DNA of 54,564 nt from Patescibacteria group bacterium (GCA_038064595.1 JBBTSV010000002.1:1-54564), one strand, 5' to 3'; shown: positions 17,258 through 25,045, numbered from the stretch's first letter. Notes: a model not told the origin generated them from the sequence alone. Translations and numbers: made by a program.

Positions 17258-18448
17258 ATGCGCGTTGATTACGTTGAAGCACGAGCGATTGTCGACACGC
17301 GTGGACGTCCGACTGTCGAGACCACTATCGCGGCGCATGCGCTCACAGCAACTGCTTCGGTCCCTGCGGGCAAGAGCACCGGCACCCACGAAGCGGTTGA
17401 ATTGCGGGACACCGATGGTGGTGTGGCAGCCGCAATCGAGAATGTAAATACTACGATCCGGCACGCGCTCGTGGGCCGCCGCTTTGAAACACTCGATGAG
17501 CTCGACACGTACCTTATCGAGCTCGATGGTACGCCGAACAAGGCGCGCCTCGGCGCGAATGCGATACTCTCCGTCTCGATCGCGGCACAGCGCCTCGCGG
17601 CCCTCTTGGCCGACGAGCCGCTCTGGAGAAATATCGCGCGACGTGTGAACGCGGCGCCTGCGGCGCCGCATCTCTATATGAATGTCATGAATGGTGGAGT
17701 TCACGCCGATTTCAAGCTCCCCTTTCAAGAATATATCCTCGTGATTGAGGGAGAAACAAGCAGCGCGCTCGCCACTGGGCGAGAAGCGTTTGCCAAGCTC
17801 GGTGAGAAGCTCGGCGCAGATACCCCGATGGGCGACGAGGGCGGCTACGCGCCCTCCTTCGACACGCTCGAGAGGCCTTTTGAGATTCTCACTGAAATCG
17901 CCGCACACTTTTCGAATGTCTCACTTGCTATTGATGCGGCCGCGAGCGAGTTTTATAAAGACGGCAGTTATATGCTTCTCGGGACACCATATTCGGCAGA
18001 CCAACTCACTACGATATATCGTAGTATTTCAGAAAAGTATGCGATCCACAGTATCGAAGATCCTTTTGATGAAGAGGCAGCACCTGACTTCACTCGTCTC
18101 ACTGAGCAGCTCGGCAACAAGCTCCTCATTGTTGGTGACGATTTCACCGTTACCAACCCCGCACGCATTAAGAAGGCGGCGGCAGAGAAAGCGGTCAATG
18201 CTGTGTTGATTAAGCCAAATCAGATCGGCACTGTTATGGAGGCACTCCAAGCCGTTGCGGATACCCGCGCACTTGGTTGGCAGCCGATCGCCTCACATCG
18301 CTCGGGCGAGACGCTCGACACCTTTATCGCCGACTTCGCCTACGGCACTGGCTGCCACGGTATCAAGGCCGGCGGCCTCGGCCAGCGTGAGCGCCTCGAA
18401 AAATACGAGCGCCTTCTCGCCATCGAGCAAGAAGCAAAAGTCGTGTAA
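17258..18448 (+). CDS. eno: Enolase
   Basis: Motifs RAIVDTRGRPTVE, VPAGKSTG and SHRSGETLDTFIADFA. The start was set at ATG 17258, 1 nt after the ppsA stop. Confidence 0.95.
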   Translation: MRVDYVEARAIVDTRGRPTVETTIAAHALTATASVPAGKSTGTHEAVELRDTDGGVAAAIENVNTTIRHALVGRRFETLDELDTYLIELDGTPNKARLGANAILSVSIAAQRLAALLADEPLWRNIARRVNAAPAAPHLYMNVMNGGVHADFKLPFQEYILVIEGETSSALATGREAFAKLGEKLGADTPMGDEGGYAPSFDTLERPFEILTEIAAHFSNVSLAIDAAASEFYKDGSYMLLGTPYSADQLTTIYRSISEKYAIHSIEDPFDEEAAPDFTRLTEQLGNKLLIVGDDFTVTNPARIKKAAAEKAVNAVLIKPNQIGTVMEALQAVADTRALGWQPIASHRSGETLDTFIADFAYGTGCHGIKAGGLGQRERLEKYERLLAIEQEAKVV

Positions 18449-18458
18449 TATACCGAGT

Positions 18459-19466
18459 ATGAAAATCCATTACTTTGCGGGCGAGGGGTGGGAGGAGCAG
18501 GTGGTGAGGGAGAAACTTGTGGGAGATGAGATCATTTTTCATGAGGGACCCTTCTCGGCTCACGCTGACGTGAGCGACTCCTCCGCAGATGCGCTCTGTG
18601 TCTTTATGGAGTCCAGAATCGGCGAGGCGGAGATGAACCGATTTCCTGCGCTTAAGCTTATCGCCACCCGCTCAACCGGCTTTGATCATATTGACCTTGC
18701 GACGGCAGCGGCAAAGGGCATCACGGTAGTGAATGTCCCGTTTTACGGTGAGAACACCGTTGCCGAGTTTGCCTTCGCGCTCCTCCTCTCCCTCTCGCGC
18801 CGCATACCCGAGGCGCAGGCGCGCGTGCGGAGCGGGGCTTTCTCACCCGCAGGACTCCGCGGTTTTGACCTCGCCGATAAGACGATCGGGGTTGTCGGTT
18901 GCGGCCACATCGGCATGCACATGATTAAAATGGCCAATGGCTTTGGTATGAAGGTGCTCGGCTTTGACGTCCGTCAGGACCCGCAGTGCGCGATCGACAA
19001 TAACTTCACCTACGCGACGCTCGACGAGATCCTCGCCTCTGCCGACATTATTTCACTCCATGCACCCTACAACCCGCATACCCATCACCTTCTCAACGCC
19101 GAGAATATGAAGAACATTAAGAAAGGTGCTTACCTCATTAACACCGCGCGCGGCGCGCTCGTCGACACTGCGGCGCTCGTTGCCGCGCTTGAGCAGGGTG
19201 TACTCGCTGGCGCCGCGCTCGATGTCCTCGAGGAGGAGGGCGATCTCGCTCATGAAGAGTCGCTCTTAAACCAGCCCCATCCAAAAGAAGAAGAGCTGCG
19301 CACGACTCTCGCAAATCACTACCTCATTGACCATCCGCGCGTCATCGTCACCCCGCACCTTGCCTTTAATACCCAAGAAGCGGTGGGGCGTATTCTCACT
19401 ACCACCATAGAAAATATCCAGCACTTTGCGACAGGGGCCCCCACTAACGTCGTCAAAAGTTCCTAG
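18459..19466 (+). CDS. D-isomer-specific 2-hydroxyacid dehydrogenase (NAD-binding)
   Basis: Rossmann motif GVVGCGHIG, plus NTARG and the catalytic His region TPHLAF. The start was set at ATG 18459. Confidence 0.85.
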   Translation: MKIHYFAGEGWEEQVVREKLVGDEIIFHEGPFSAHADVSDSSADALCVFMESRIGEAEMNRFPALKLIATRSTGFDHIDLATAAAKGITVVNVPFYGENTVAEFAFALLLSLSRRIPEAQARVRSGAFSPAGLRGFDLADKTIGVVGCGHIGMHMIKMANGFGMKVLGFDVRQDPQCAIDNNFTYATLDEILASADIISLHAPYNPHTHHLLNAENMKNIKKGAYLINTARGALVDTAALVAALEQGVLAGAALDVLEEEGDLAHEESLLNQPHPKEEELRTTLANHYLIDHPRVIVTPHLAFNTQEAVGRILTTTIENIQHFATGAPTNVVKSS

Positions 19467-20605
19467 AGCGTCGGATCGCCTGGGGTGTAGAAAAAGAGAT
19501 CATCACTCGAGCGCGCCCACCTCTCCTGCACCGGCGCGAGAATGCGCCACGATTCAATCACCTCCGCGCTTGAGACAAAGAGTGCGTGATCAGAGCGGAG
19601 CGCCTCCACGAGCACCTTCTCGTAGGCGTCAGGGTCAGTCGAGGTGAAAGCGGCCTCCGGTGCCATATCGTTTTTATACCGTATATGGATGGCCGTATCC
19701 TTTTCTGCGAGCATCTTGCCGGTCACCAGCCGTACCCTGACACCCTGCCACTCGGGTGCGCTCGAGACAAGCGTGAGATCAACATAGGTCTCGGTAGTAC
19801 TCGCAGGGTTGGCCACGTCGTCACGATAGCCTCGGTATTGACCGCGCCGGATCGCGGCGCCAGGCGCGAGCGTGAGCGTGGCGAGCGCGTTCGTGCGACG
19901 CTCGGGAATGCTCACCGACTCATCGAGACGCATGAGCACAAGGGCCGCAAGCTGCAGCAGGTGGCTCTGCAACACATCTCGGAGCGCACCCGTCTGCTCA
20001 TAAAAGTGGGCCCGCCCTTTGGCGCCAATTATCTCTCGCGCACTGATCTCGATGCGCTCGATGGACTGATTGTTCCATGTCGTCTCTCGTCGAAATGAGA
20101 GCAGATTCTGCACCATCTGCTTGGCGAGGTAGTGGTCGATCCGGTACACCTGCTCTGCCGTAAAGTACTGCTCAACATGGGTGATGAGCTCGGTGGCTGA
20201 CGCGAGGTCAGTGCCAAACGGCTTCTCGAGGAGAAGCTTCGTCCCCGGCTGCGCGAGCCCAGCTGCCCCCATGTGGGTAACGATAGGCGAGACAGCGTTC
20301 GGCGGCACGGACATGTAGAAGAGACGTTGTGCGGGCTCCCCTTCTTCAAGCGCCACGAGACGCTCCGCGAGACGCGTATAGCCAGCTCTATCGTCGGTGT
20401 CGAGGGTGAAGAGCTCAAGGTGCTCTTGGACAAAGGGTGAGAGGTCGTCGAGCGTCACTCCCTCACGACGCGTAGTACCGAGAATTGTTGTGCGCGCCGG
20501 GAACACACCTGCCCCCGCGATCGCCTCTATGGCGGGGAGGAGTTTCTGCCGTGCGAGGTCACCGGTAACCCCAACGATCACGAGAATAAGGGGTTTTTCA
20601 ATCAT
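19463..20605 (-). CDS. zwf: Glucose-6-phosphate dehydrogenase, short form
   Basis: Motifs GVTGDLARQKLLPA, EKPFG and RIDHYLAK. At 380 aa it is shorter than the usual Zwf. Confidence 0.85.
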   Translation of the reverse strand: MIEKPLILVIVGVTGDLARQKLLPAIEAIAGAGVFPARTTILGTTRREGVTLDDLSPFVQEHLELFTLDTDDRAGYTRLAERLVALEEGEPAQRLFYMSVPPNAVSPIVTHMGAAGLAQPGTKLLLEKPFGTDLASATELITHVEQYFTAEQVYRIDHYLAKQMVQNLLSFRRETTWNNQSIERIEISAREIIGAKGRAHFYEQTGALRDVLQSHLLQLAALVLMRLDESVSIPERRTNALATLTLAPGAAIRRGQYRGYRDDVANPASTTETYVDLTLVSSAPEWQGVRVRLVTGKMLAEKDTAIHIRYKNDMAPEAAFTSTDPDAYEKVLVEALRSDHALFVSSAEVIESWRILAPVQERWARSSDDLFFYTPGDPTL

Positions 20606-20676
20606 CGCCCCAGTATACTAGACCCTTCGGTTGTCCACTTGGTACCTTCCCCTCCTCTCCCGTATACTGGCGGAAT

Positions 20677-21126
20677 ATGCCTCAAGAAACACAGCCCCTC
20701 CCGCCCGCTTCATTCATTAACAAAAAAGTTGCCCTCTCACTTGCGCTCATTCTCGTTGTGGGCGTCTACGTCGTCTGGCAGCGCATGAGTAGCCCTGAAT
20801 CGGCTGTGGCTACCACGCCAGCGACCCCCGAGGTCGTCGGCCGGTTTAGAGATGGTACCTACACGGGCAACTCGGTTGACTCAATATTTGGTCAGGTACA
20901 GGTGCAGGCGGTTGTAAAAGGTGGGGCGCTCGTGAATGTGATCGGACTCGTCTATCCGAACGATCGAGAAACATCGACCCGCATCAGCAATGAATCGCTC
21001 TCTGTTATGACGAAGGAGGCGATCGAGATTCAGAGCGCTGACGTTGATCTTGTCTCAGGTGCGACCCAAACGTGGGAAGCATACGTCGTCTCGCTCGACT
21101 CGGCGCTCAAGCTTGCCGCTCGATAA
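20677..21126 (+). CDS. Membrane-anchored FMN-binding domain protein carrying an ApbE flavinylation motif
   Basis: It has an N-terminal TM anchor. The C-terminal DLVSGATQTW matches the D-x-x-(S/T)-G-A-(T/S) flavinylation motif, with the Thr codon at 21064..21066. Confidence 0.8.
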   Translation: MPQETQPLPPASFINKKVALSLALILVVGVYVVWQRMSSPESAVATTPATPEVVGRFRDGTYTGNSVDSIFGQVQVQAVVKGGALVNVIGLVYPNDRETSTRISNESLSVMTKEAIEIQSADVDLVSGATQTWEAYVVSLDSALKLAAR

Positions 21127-22641
21127 ATGACCTGGATCGACGCATTTCTCAACCGGATCACGATGTACCGGTTGGTGCTCTACTACCTCACGGTGGTGTG
21201 GGTTGCTGCGCTTGGTGCCTCGTTCTTTGATCTGCTCCCCTTCTCAACACCAGAACTCCTCTTCTCAACGGTCGTGATCCTTGGTGCCTGCTGGATCACG
21301 AATGAGGTCTTTGCGTCAGTCTTCAGAGTTCCGGCAAATGTTGAATCGGTGTATATCACTGGGTTCATTCTCGCGCTCCTCATCGCACCCGTTTCTGCAA
21401 CTGATGGAGCCGGAATCGGTTTTCTCCTCTTCGCCTCCGTCACGGCGATTGCCTCGAAGTACATCCTCGCGCTTGGGAAGAAACATCTCTTCAATCCTGC
21501 GGCGTTTGGTATAGCTTTTTCTGCGCTCGCGCTCCACCAATCGGCAACCTGGTGGGCAGGAGGGAGCGTGCTCCTCATGCCGTTCGTCCTTACCGGCGGA
21601 CTCCTGGTGGTGCGCAAGATACGCCGCTTTGATCTCGTCGTTGCCTTTCTACTCTCGGCGTCAATCACTATTGCCCTTGCGGCTACCGACAGCGTGACCG
21701 CGCTCACTCAGACGGTGACCCACTTCCCTCTCTTCTTCTTGGCGCTCGTGATGCTTACCGAGCCCCTCACGATGCCGCCGACGCGTGCAGGACGCATCGC
21801 ATACGGCGTGCTTGTCGGTGTCCTCTTTGCACCCAATGTCTCGTTCTGGCCGTGGGCGATCACGCCCGAGCAGGCACTCCTTATCGGTAATCTCTTTGTC
21901 TATGCGATAAGCCCAAAAGGCCGCTTTGTCCTCACGCTCAAAGCACGTAACCAGCTCGCCAGTGCCACCGAAGAGTTCATCTTCACTCCCGATCGACCGT
22001 TCGCCTTCTCGGCCGGGCAGTACCTCGAGTGGACCCTCGAACCGAAGGGCGCCGACGCGCGCGGCAATCGCCGCTACTTCACTATCGCGTCTTCACCTAC
22101 CGAGAGCGACGGCACTATTCGTCTTGGCGTAAAATTTAACGATCCCTCAAGCACGTTTAAACACGCGCTCCAGACGCTGAAAGCGGGCGACACGGTCTCG
22201 GTCGCGAGCCTCGCGGGCGATTTTACCCTCCCGAAAGACCCAAAAAAGAAATTAGTTTTTATCGCGGGCGGGATCGGCGTGACCCCCTTCCGCAGTCATG
22301 TACAGTACCTCATGGACACCCACGATAGCCGTGCGGTCACACTCTTCTATTCAAATAAGACCGCGGCAGAAATTGCCTACAAAGACGTCTTTGACCGCGC
22401 AGCGAGCATGATCGGCATGAAAACGGTGTATGCCCTCACGAACGAACCCTCTCCTGTGCCGGGAGCACACAATGGTTTCATCGACGGTGAGCTTATCGCG
22501 CGTGAAGTCCCCGACTACAAGGAGTGTGTCTTCTACATCTCTGGTCCGCATGGCATGGTCGAAGCATTCAAAAAGACCCTGCGCGACATGGGCGTCTCGC
22601 GCTTCGCTATCAAGACCGACTACTTCCCGGGCTTTGTGTAG
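21127..22641 (+). CDS. Polytopic membrane domain fused to an FNR-like FAD/NAD(P)-binding oxidoreductase domain
   Basis: The N-terminal approximately 250 aa are multi-TM. The C-terminal part has RRYFTIASSP (FAD-binding RxYS/T-type) and FIAGGIGVTPF (NAD-binding). Its ATG immediately follows the upstream TAA. Confidence 0.8.
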   Translation: MTWIDAFLNRITMYRLVLYYLTVVWVAALGASFFDLLPFSTPELLFSTVVILGACWITNEVFASVFRVPANVESVYITGFILALLIAPVSATDGAGIGFLLFASVTAIASKYILALGKKHLFNPAAFGIAFSALALHQSATWWAGGSVLLMPFVLTGGLLVVRKIRRFDLVVAFLLSASITIALAATDSVTALTQTVTHFPLFFLALVMLTEPLTMPPTRAGRIAYGVLVGVLFAPNVSFWPWAITPEQALLIGNLFVYAISPKGRFVLTLKARNQLASATEEFIFTPDRPFAFSAGQYLEWTLEPKGADARGNRRYFTIASSPTESDGTIRLGVKFNDPSSTFKHALQTLKAGDTVSVASLAGDFTLPKDPKKKLVFIAGGIGVTPFRSHVQYLMDTHDSRAVTLFYSNKTAAEIAYKDVFDRAASMIGMKTVYALTNEPSPVPGAHNGFIDGELIAREVPDYKECVFYISGPHGMVEAFKKTLRDMGVSRFAIKTDYFPGFV

Positions 22642-22939
22642 TATCTTTCGGCAGACCCCACTGCCACTTTGGCGATTCACCTTTCGCATGGCACACCAGG
22701 ATAAGCACGAGTACCGCGAGAGCGGTCTCAATAATGAAAGGCCGCAGGGTATCACTTCCTGAGTGAGAAACGCTATCAAGCCTCACAAAGTTCCAGACCT
22801 CAAACCCAAGAAAGGCGAGCAGAACAAGCCATCCCTGCCAGCGCGCTGGCGTCCAGCCCCAGCCATAGAGCTTGCGCTTAAACCAGTATCCCTGCGGGTT
22901 ATCTCTCAAGTACGCAATCTGCTGATCAAAGAAGTTCAT
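22610..22939 (-). CDS. Small membrane protein, hypothetical
   Basis: A 109-aa ORF with Trp-rich TM segments. It overlaps the end of the reductase gene convergently by 32 nt. Confidence 0.5.
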   Translation of the reverse strand: MNFFDQQIAYLRDNPQGYWFKRKLYGWGWTPARWQGWLVLLAFLGFEVWNFVRLDSVSHSGSDTLRPFIIETALAVLVLILVCHAKGESPKWQWGLPKDTTQSPGSSRS

Positions 22940-22948
22940 AGCTCTATA

Positions 22949-23581
22949 CTACCCCAGGTGGGCATGGTCGTTCCATGTCCAGACCCACCAACCGGGCTCC
23001 TTTTCAGAACCGTACTTGAGAACAGTGAGACCAGTATTTTCCATATGGAACGCGCGGGTGAACGCATCGCACTCGGCGCCTGTAAGCTCATCTCCTAAAA
23101 CAACCACCGCCATAATGATACGCATAAAGAATCCATGCGTAATCACCGCAATATTTTCTTCAGGGCGCTGCGCGAGAAACTCGAGTGCCTCCTGCGCGCG
23201 AGTGCGTAGATCCTCAAAGTTCTCTTCATCGGAGTGTCGCCACCCCGGCACACCAAAGTTACGTATGATTTCTTTATCTATAGCCAAGGCTTCCGGACTA
23301 TGTTTTGGCTGCCCGATTTGCGCTGAAGGACGGCGGCGCTCGCCGAAAAGCTCTGACGACAGCGGTTCTTTGCCTATCTTTGCGGCAATTATGGTCGCTG
23401 TTTCCTGTGCCCGAGTCATGGAGCTCGCTACCAAAAGGTCTATCGGGAGTGTGGCGCAGCGTTTGGCCATAGTCGCCGCCTGTGCGCGCCCGCGATCGGA
23501 AAGACTCGTCATCTTCCCTTGTCGCGTCGGGCCAGTGTTCCCCTCGCTCTCTCCGTGGCGAATAAAATAGATGGTTTTCAT
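22949..23581 (-). CDS. Histidine phosphatase family protein (phosphoglycerate-mutase-like)
   Basis: RHG motif IYFIRHGESEGN and the distal His region ITHGFF. Confidence 0.85.
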   Translation of the reverse strand: MKTIYFIRHGESEGNTGPTRQGKMTSLSDRGRAQAATMAKRCATLPIDLLVASSMTRAQETATIIAAKIGKEPLSSELFGERRRPSAQIGQPKHSPEALAIDKEIIRNFGVPGWRHSDEENFEDLRTRAQEALEFLAQRPEENIAVITHGFFMRIIMAVVVLGDELTGAECDAFTRAFHMENTGLTVLKYGSEKEPGWWVWTWNDHAHLG

Positions 23582-23665
23582 GTCTCAACTATACCTCCCT
23601 TTCAGAAACGCGAAAACCCAGCTTGCGCCGGGCCTTCGATGCTTGTTGCCCGAGGCGGTACGGTA

Positions 23666-24271
23666 CTAAATTTCAGAGACCTTTGCTTGCTGTTTATTTT
23701 TTAAAATATTCCTACGAACTAAGATCATTGTTGCAAAAGATGAGTTGGTGAAAAAGAGACTGCCTATGTACAAGACCGTAGTAACCGAATAGTTCTGCAG
23801 TGCAATAATACTCAATCCGTTCGCAATAGCGCTCACGACAAAAGTGCTCGCCGTTTCTGTAAATGGTTCTTCGAAACCCTTTCGGAAGGTCGGCAAGAAT
23901 CCAACAAAATCGACAAGCGCCACCACTATGGTAGCCCAAACAGGGTTATCAATGAAAAGATAAATGCCTACTGCACCCACAGCAGCAATCAAACAGGACA
24001 AATCAAACTTTGAAATGTTTTTTGTCCCATATTTAAATGACAGAAGAAAGATAGCAAAACAAAAGAATGCGCCAATGGCGAGTGCCCATGCTCCATATCC
24101 GGCGCCATCTTTTATTTGCGCAGCTACCCCGACGATTTGGAGTATCGTCCAAATGAGCCACGAATACATATGCGGCTCGGTTTTCCGTTTCAGAATGTCC
24201 CGCAGATACGGCAAGAAACAAATAATCGCAAGAAGGCTCGATGCGAGCCCAAAAAAGAGTTTAAATTCCAC
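23666..24271 (-). CDS. Polytopic membrane protein, hypothetical
   Basis: A 201-aa ORF with about 6 predicted TM helices. No family was recognised. Confidence 0.6.
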   Translation of the reverse strand: MEFKLFFGLASSLLAIICFLPYLRDILKRKTEPHMYSWLIWTILQIVGVAAQIKDGAGYGAWALAIGAFFCFAIFLLSFKYGTKNISKFDLSCLIAAVGAVGIYLFIDNPVWATIVVALVDFVGFLPTFRKGFEEPFTETASTFVVSAIANGLSIIALQNYSVTTVLYIGSLFFTNSSFATMILVRRNILKNKQQAKVSEI

Positions 24272-24346
24272 GAGTTAAGTATAGCTTGATTTTCAAAACG
24301 TAAAAGCCGCGGCGCTCGACACGCATCTGCGGGGCGCAGCCACGTG

Positions 24347-24385
24347 GCAAAAGAGCCTGCAGGTATTTCCTGCAGGCTCTTTTGC
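24347..24385. terminator. Strong bidirectional hairpin
   Basis: GCAAAAGAGCCTGCAGG-tattt-CCTGCAGGCTCTTTTGC, with T-runs readable on both strands and extended by CCACGT/ACGTGG. Confidence 0.6.
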
Positions 24386-24391
24386 TTTACG

Positions 24392-24543
24392 TGGTTGCGG
24401 GGGCCGGATCGAGTCAGGAATAATTTGTTCGCCGTCGCTCACAAATTTTCACGACCCTTCCTCGCGGTTTTGCCTACTGGCAAAACATCGCTGCGGCCGT
24501 TCGATTCCGGACGGAAAGCATTCAGATGCTTTCCTCCCCGCAA
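24392..24543 (-). other. tRNA-derived structured element: a candidate novel ncRNA or composite att scar
   Basis: The ends pair as UUGCGGGG / CCCCGCAA followed by CCA on the minus strand. The 3' 21 nt are near-identical to the 3' end of the neighbouring tRNA(CAT). It contains internal hairpins, a long-range helix (CCGGAAUCGA / UCGAUCCGG) and an inverted copy of the tRNA T-arm. A hairpin lies immediately beyond each end. Confidence 0.35.
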
Positions 24544-24554
24544 CAAGTAAAGGA

Positions 24555-24578
24555 AAAAGCGCCTTATGGCGCCTTTTC
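24555..24578 (-). terminator. Terminator-like hairpin after tRNA(CAT)
   Basis: The minus strand reads AGGCGCC-AUAA-GGCGCUU followed by UUUUCC. Confidence 0.5.
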
Positions 24579-24586
24579 CATTCTTG

Positions 24587-24657
24587 TTGCGGGGGCCGGA
24601 ATCGAACCGGCGTCTGGAGGTTATGAGCCTCCCGAGGTACCTCTCCTCTACCCCGCT
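24587..24657 (-). tRNA. tRNA with CAT anticodon, with initiator-like features
   Basis: Manual cloverleaf: AGCGGGG/CCCCGCA acceptor with a 1:72 A/A mismatch, D stem GAGG/CCTC giving A11:T24, GGAGG-CTCATAA-CCTCC anticodon arm, GCCGG-TTCGATT-CCGGC T arm. CCA is not encoded, and the D loop is short. Confidence 0.8.
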
Positions 24658-24779
24658 ATATGACTTTACAATGAATTCTCTAGCTTCGCACCCGCCCTCC
24701 CGCTTAGATTACCAACTCTCCTCTACCCCGCATTTAAAAGTATACACATATGTCGCCCGCAGGCAACCGCCCGAGTATT

Positions 24780-24802
24780 TGATGGACACGTAGTGTCCAT
24801 CA
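24780..24802. repeat. REP-like palindrome, inverted-orientation copy
   Basis: TGATGGACAC-GTA-GTGTCCATCA is the reverse complement of the copies at 35509 and 36240. Confidence 0.85.
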
Positions 24803-24863
24803 TTTCATTTGCTTTACAAATGCGAAGCGGCGCCGGGGCGCCGCTTCTTGGGGTGATCGGGGC

Positions 24864-24971
24864 TCATGCCCCGATCACTGGTTGCTTGTGGAAGTGCTCG
24901 TGCAGCACCACCACGATTATCAGTATGCCTCCGGGGAGGCACACGAGTCCGAGTGCGAGAAGGACGTTCAT
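24864..24971 (-). CDS. Candidate 35-aa hydrophobic small protein
   Basis: Manual translation gives MNVLLALGLVCLPGGILIIVVVLHEHFHKQPVIGA. AAAGGAG sits 9 nt upstream of the ATG, and the stop is embedded in the hairpin GTGATCGGGGC-tca-tGCCCCGATCAC. It falls below the ORF-track length cutoff. Confidence 0.35.
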   Translation of the reverse strand: MNVLLALGLVCLPGGILIIVVVLHEHFHKQPVIGA

Positions 24972-25045
24972 GTCCTTTTCTCCTTTGCGCTGCCACCAGC
25001 GCATGAAGACACACTACGATGAAATTCTTATGAAGTCAATGCGCG

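Noticed and set aside
24392-24543. Interpretation of the structured element as tmRNA, SRP RNA, RNase P RNA or 6S RNA
   Set aside because: It is too short for tmRNA or RNase P RNA. The acceptor-like stem has no G3:U70 pair and there is no plausible tag reading frame. The SRP domain IV consensus (GGAAGCAGC-type) is absent. The GAGGAAAG...TCCGG resemblance to RNase P P4 is interrupted by a hairpin. The multi-hairpin fold is not the 6S rod. It is therefore left as an unclassified tRNA-derived element.
24587-24731. An intron-containing or split tRNA gene formed from the intact tRNA plus the upstream 5'-end copy
   Set aside because: The tRNA at 24587..24657 folds completely on its own. The 16-nt 5' copy at 24716..24731 is not followed by D, anticodon or T arms, so it is a fragment rather than an exon.
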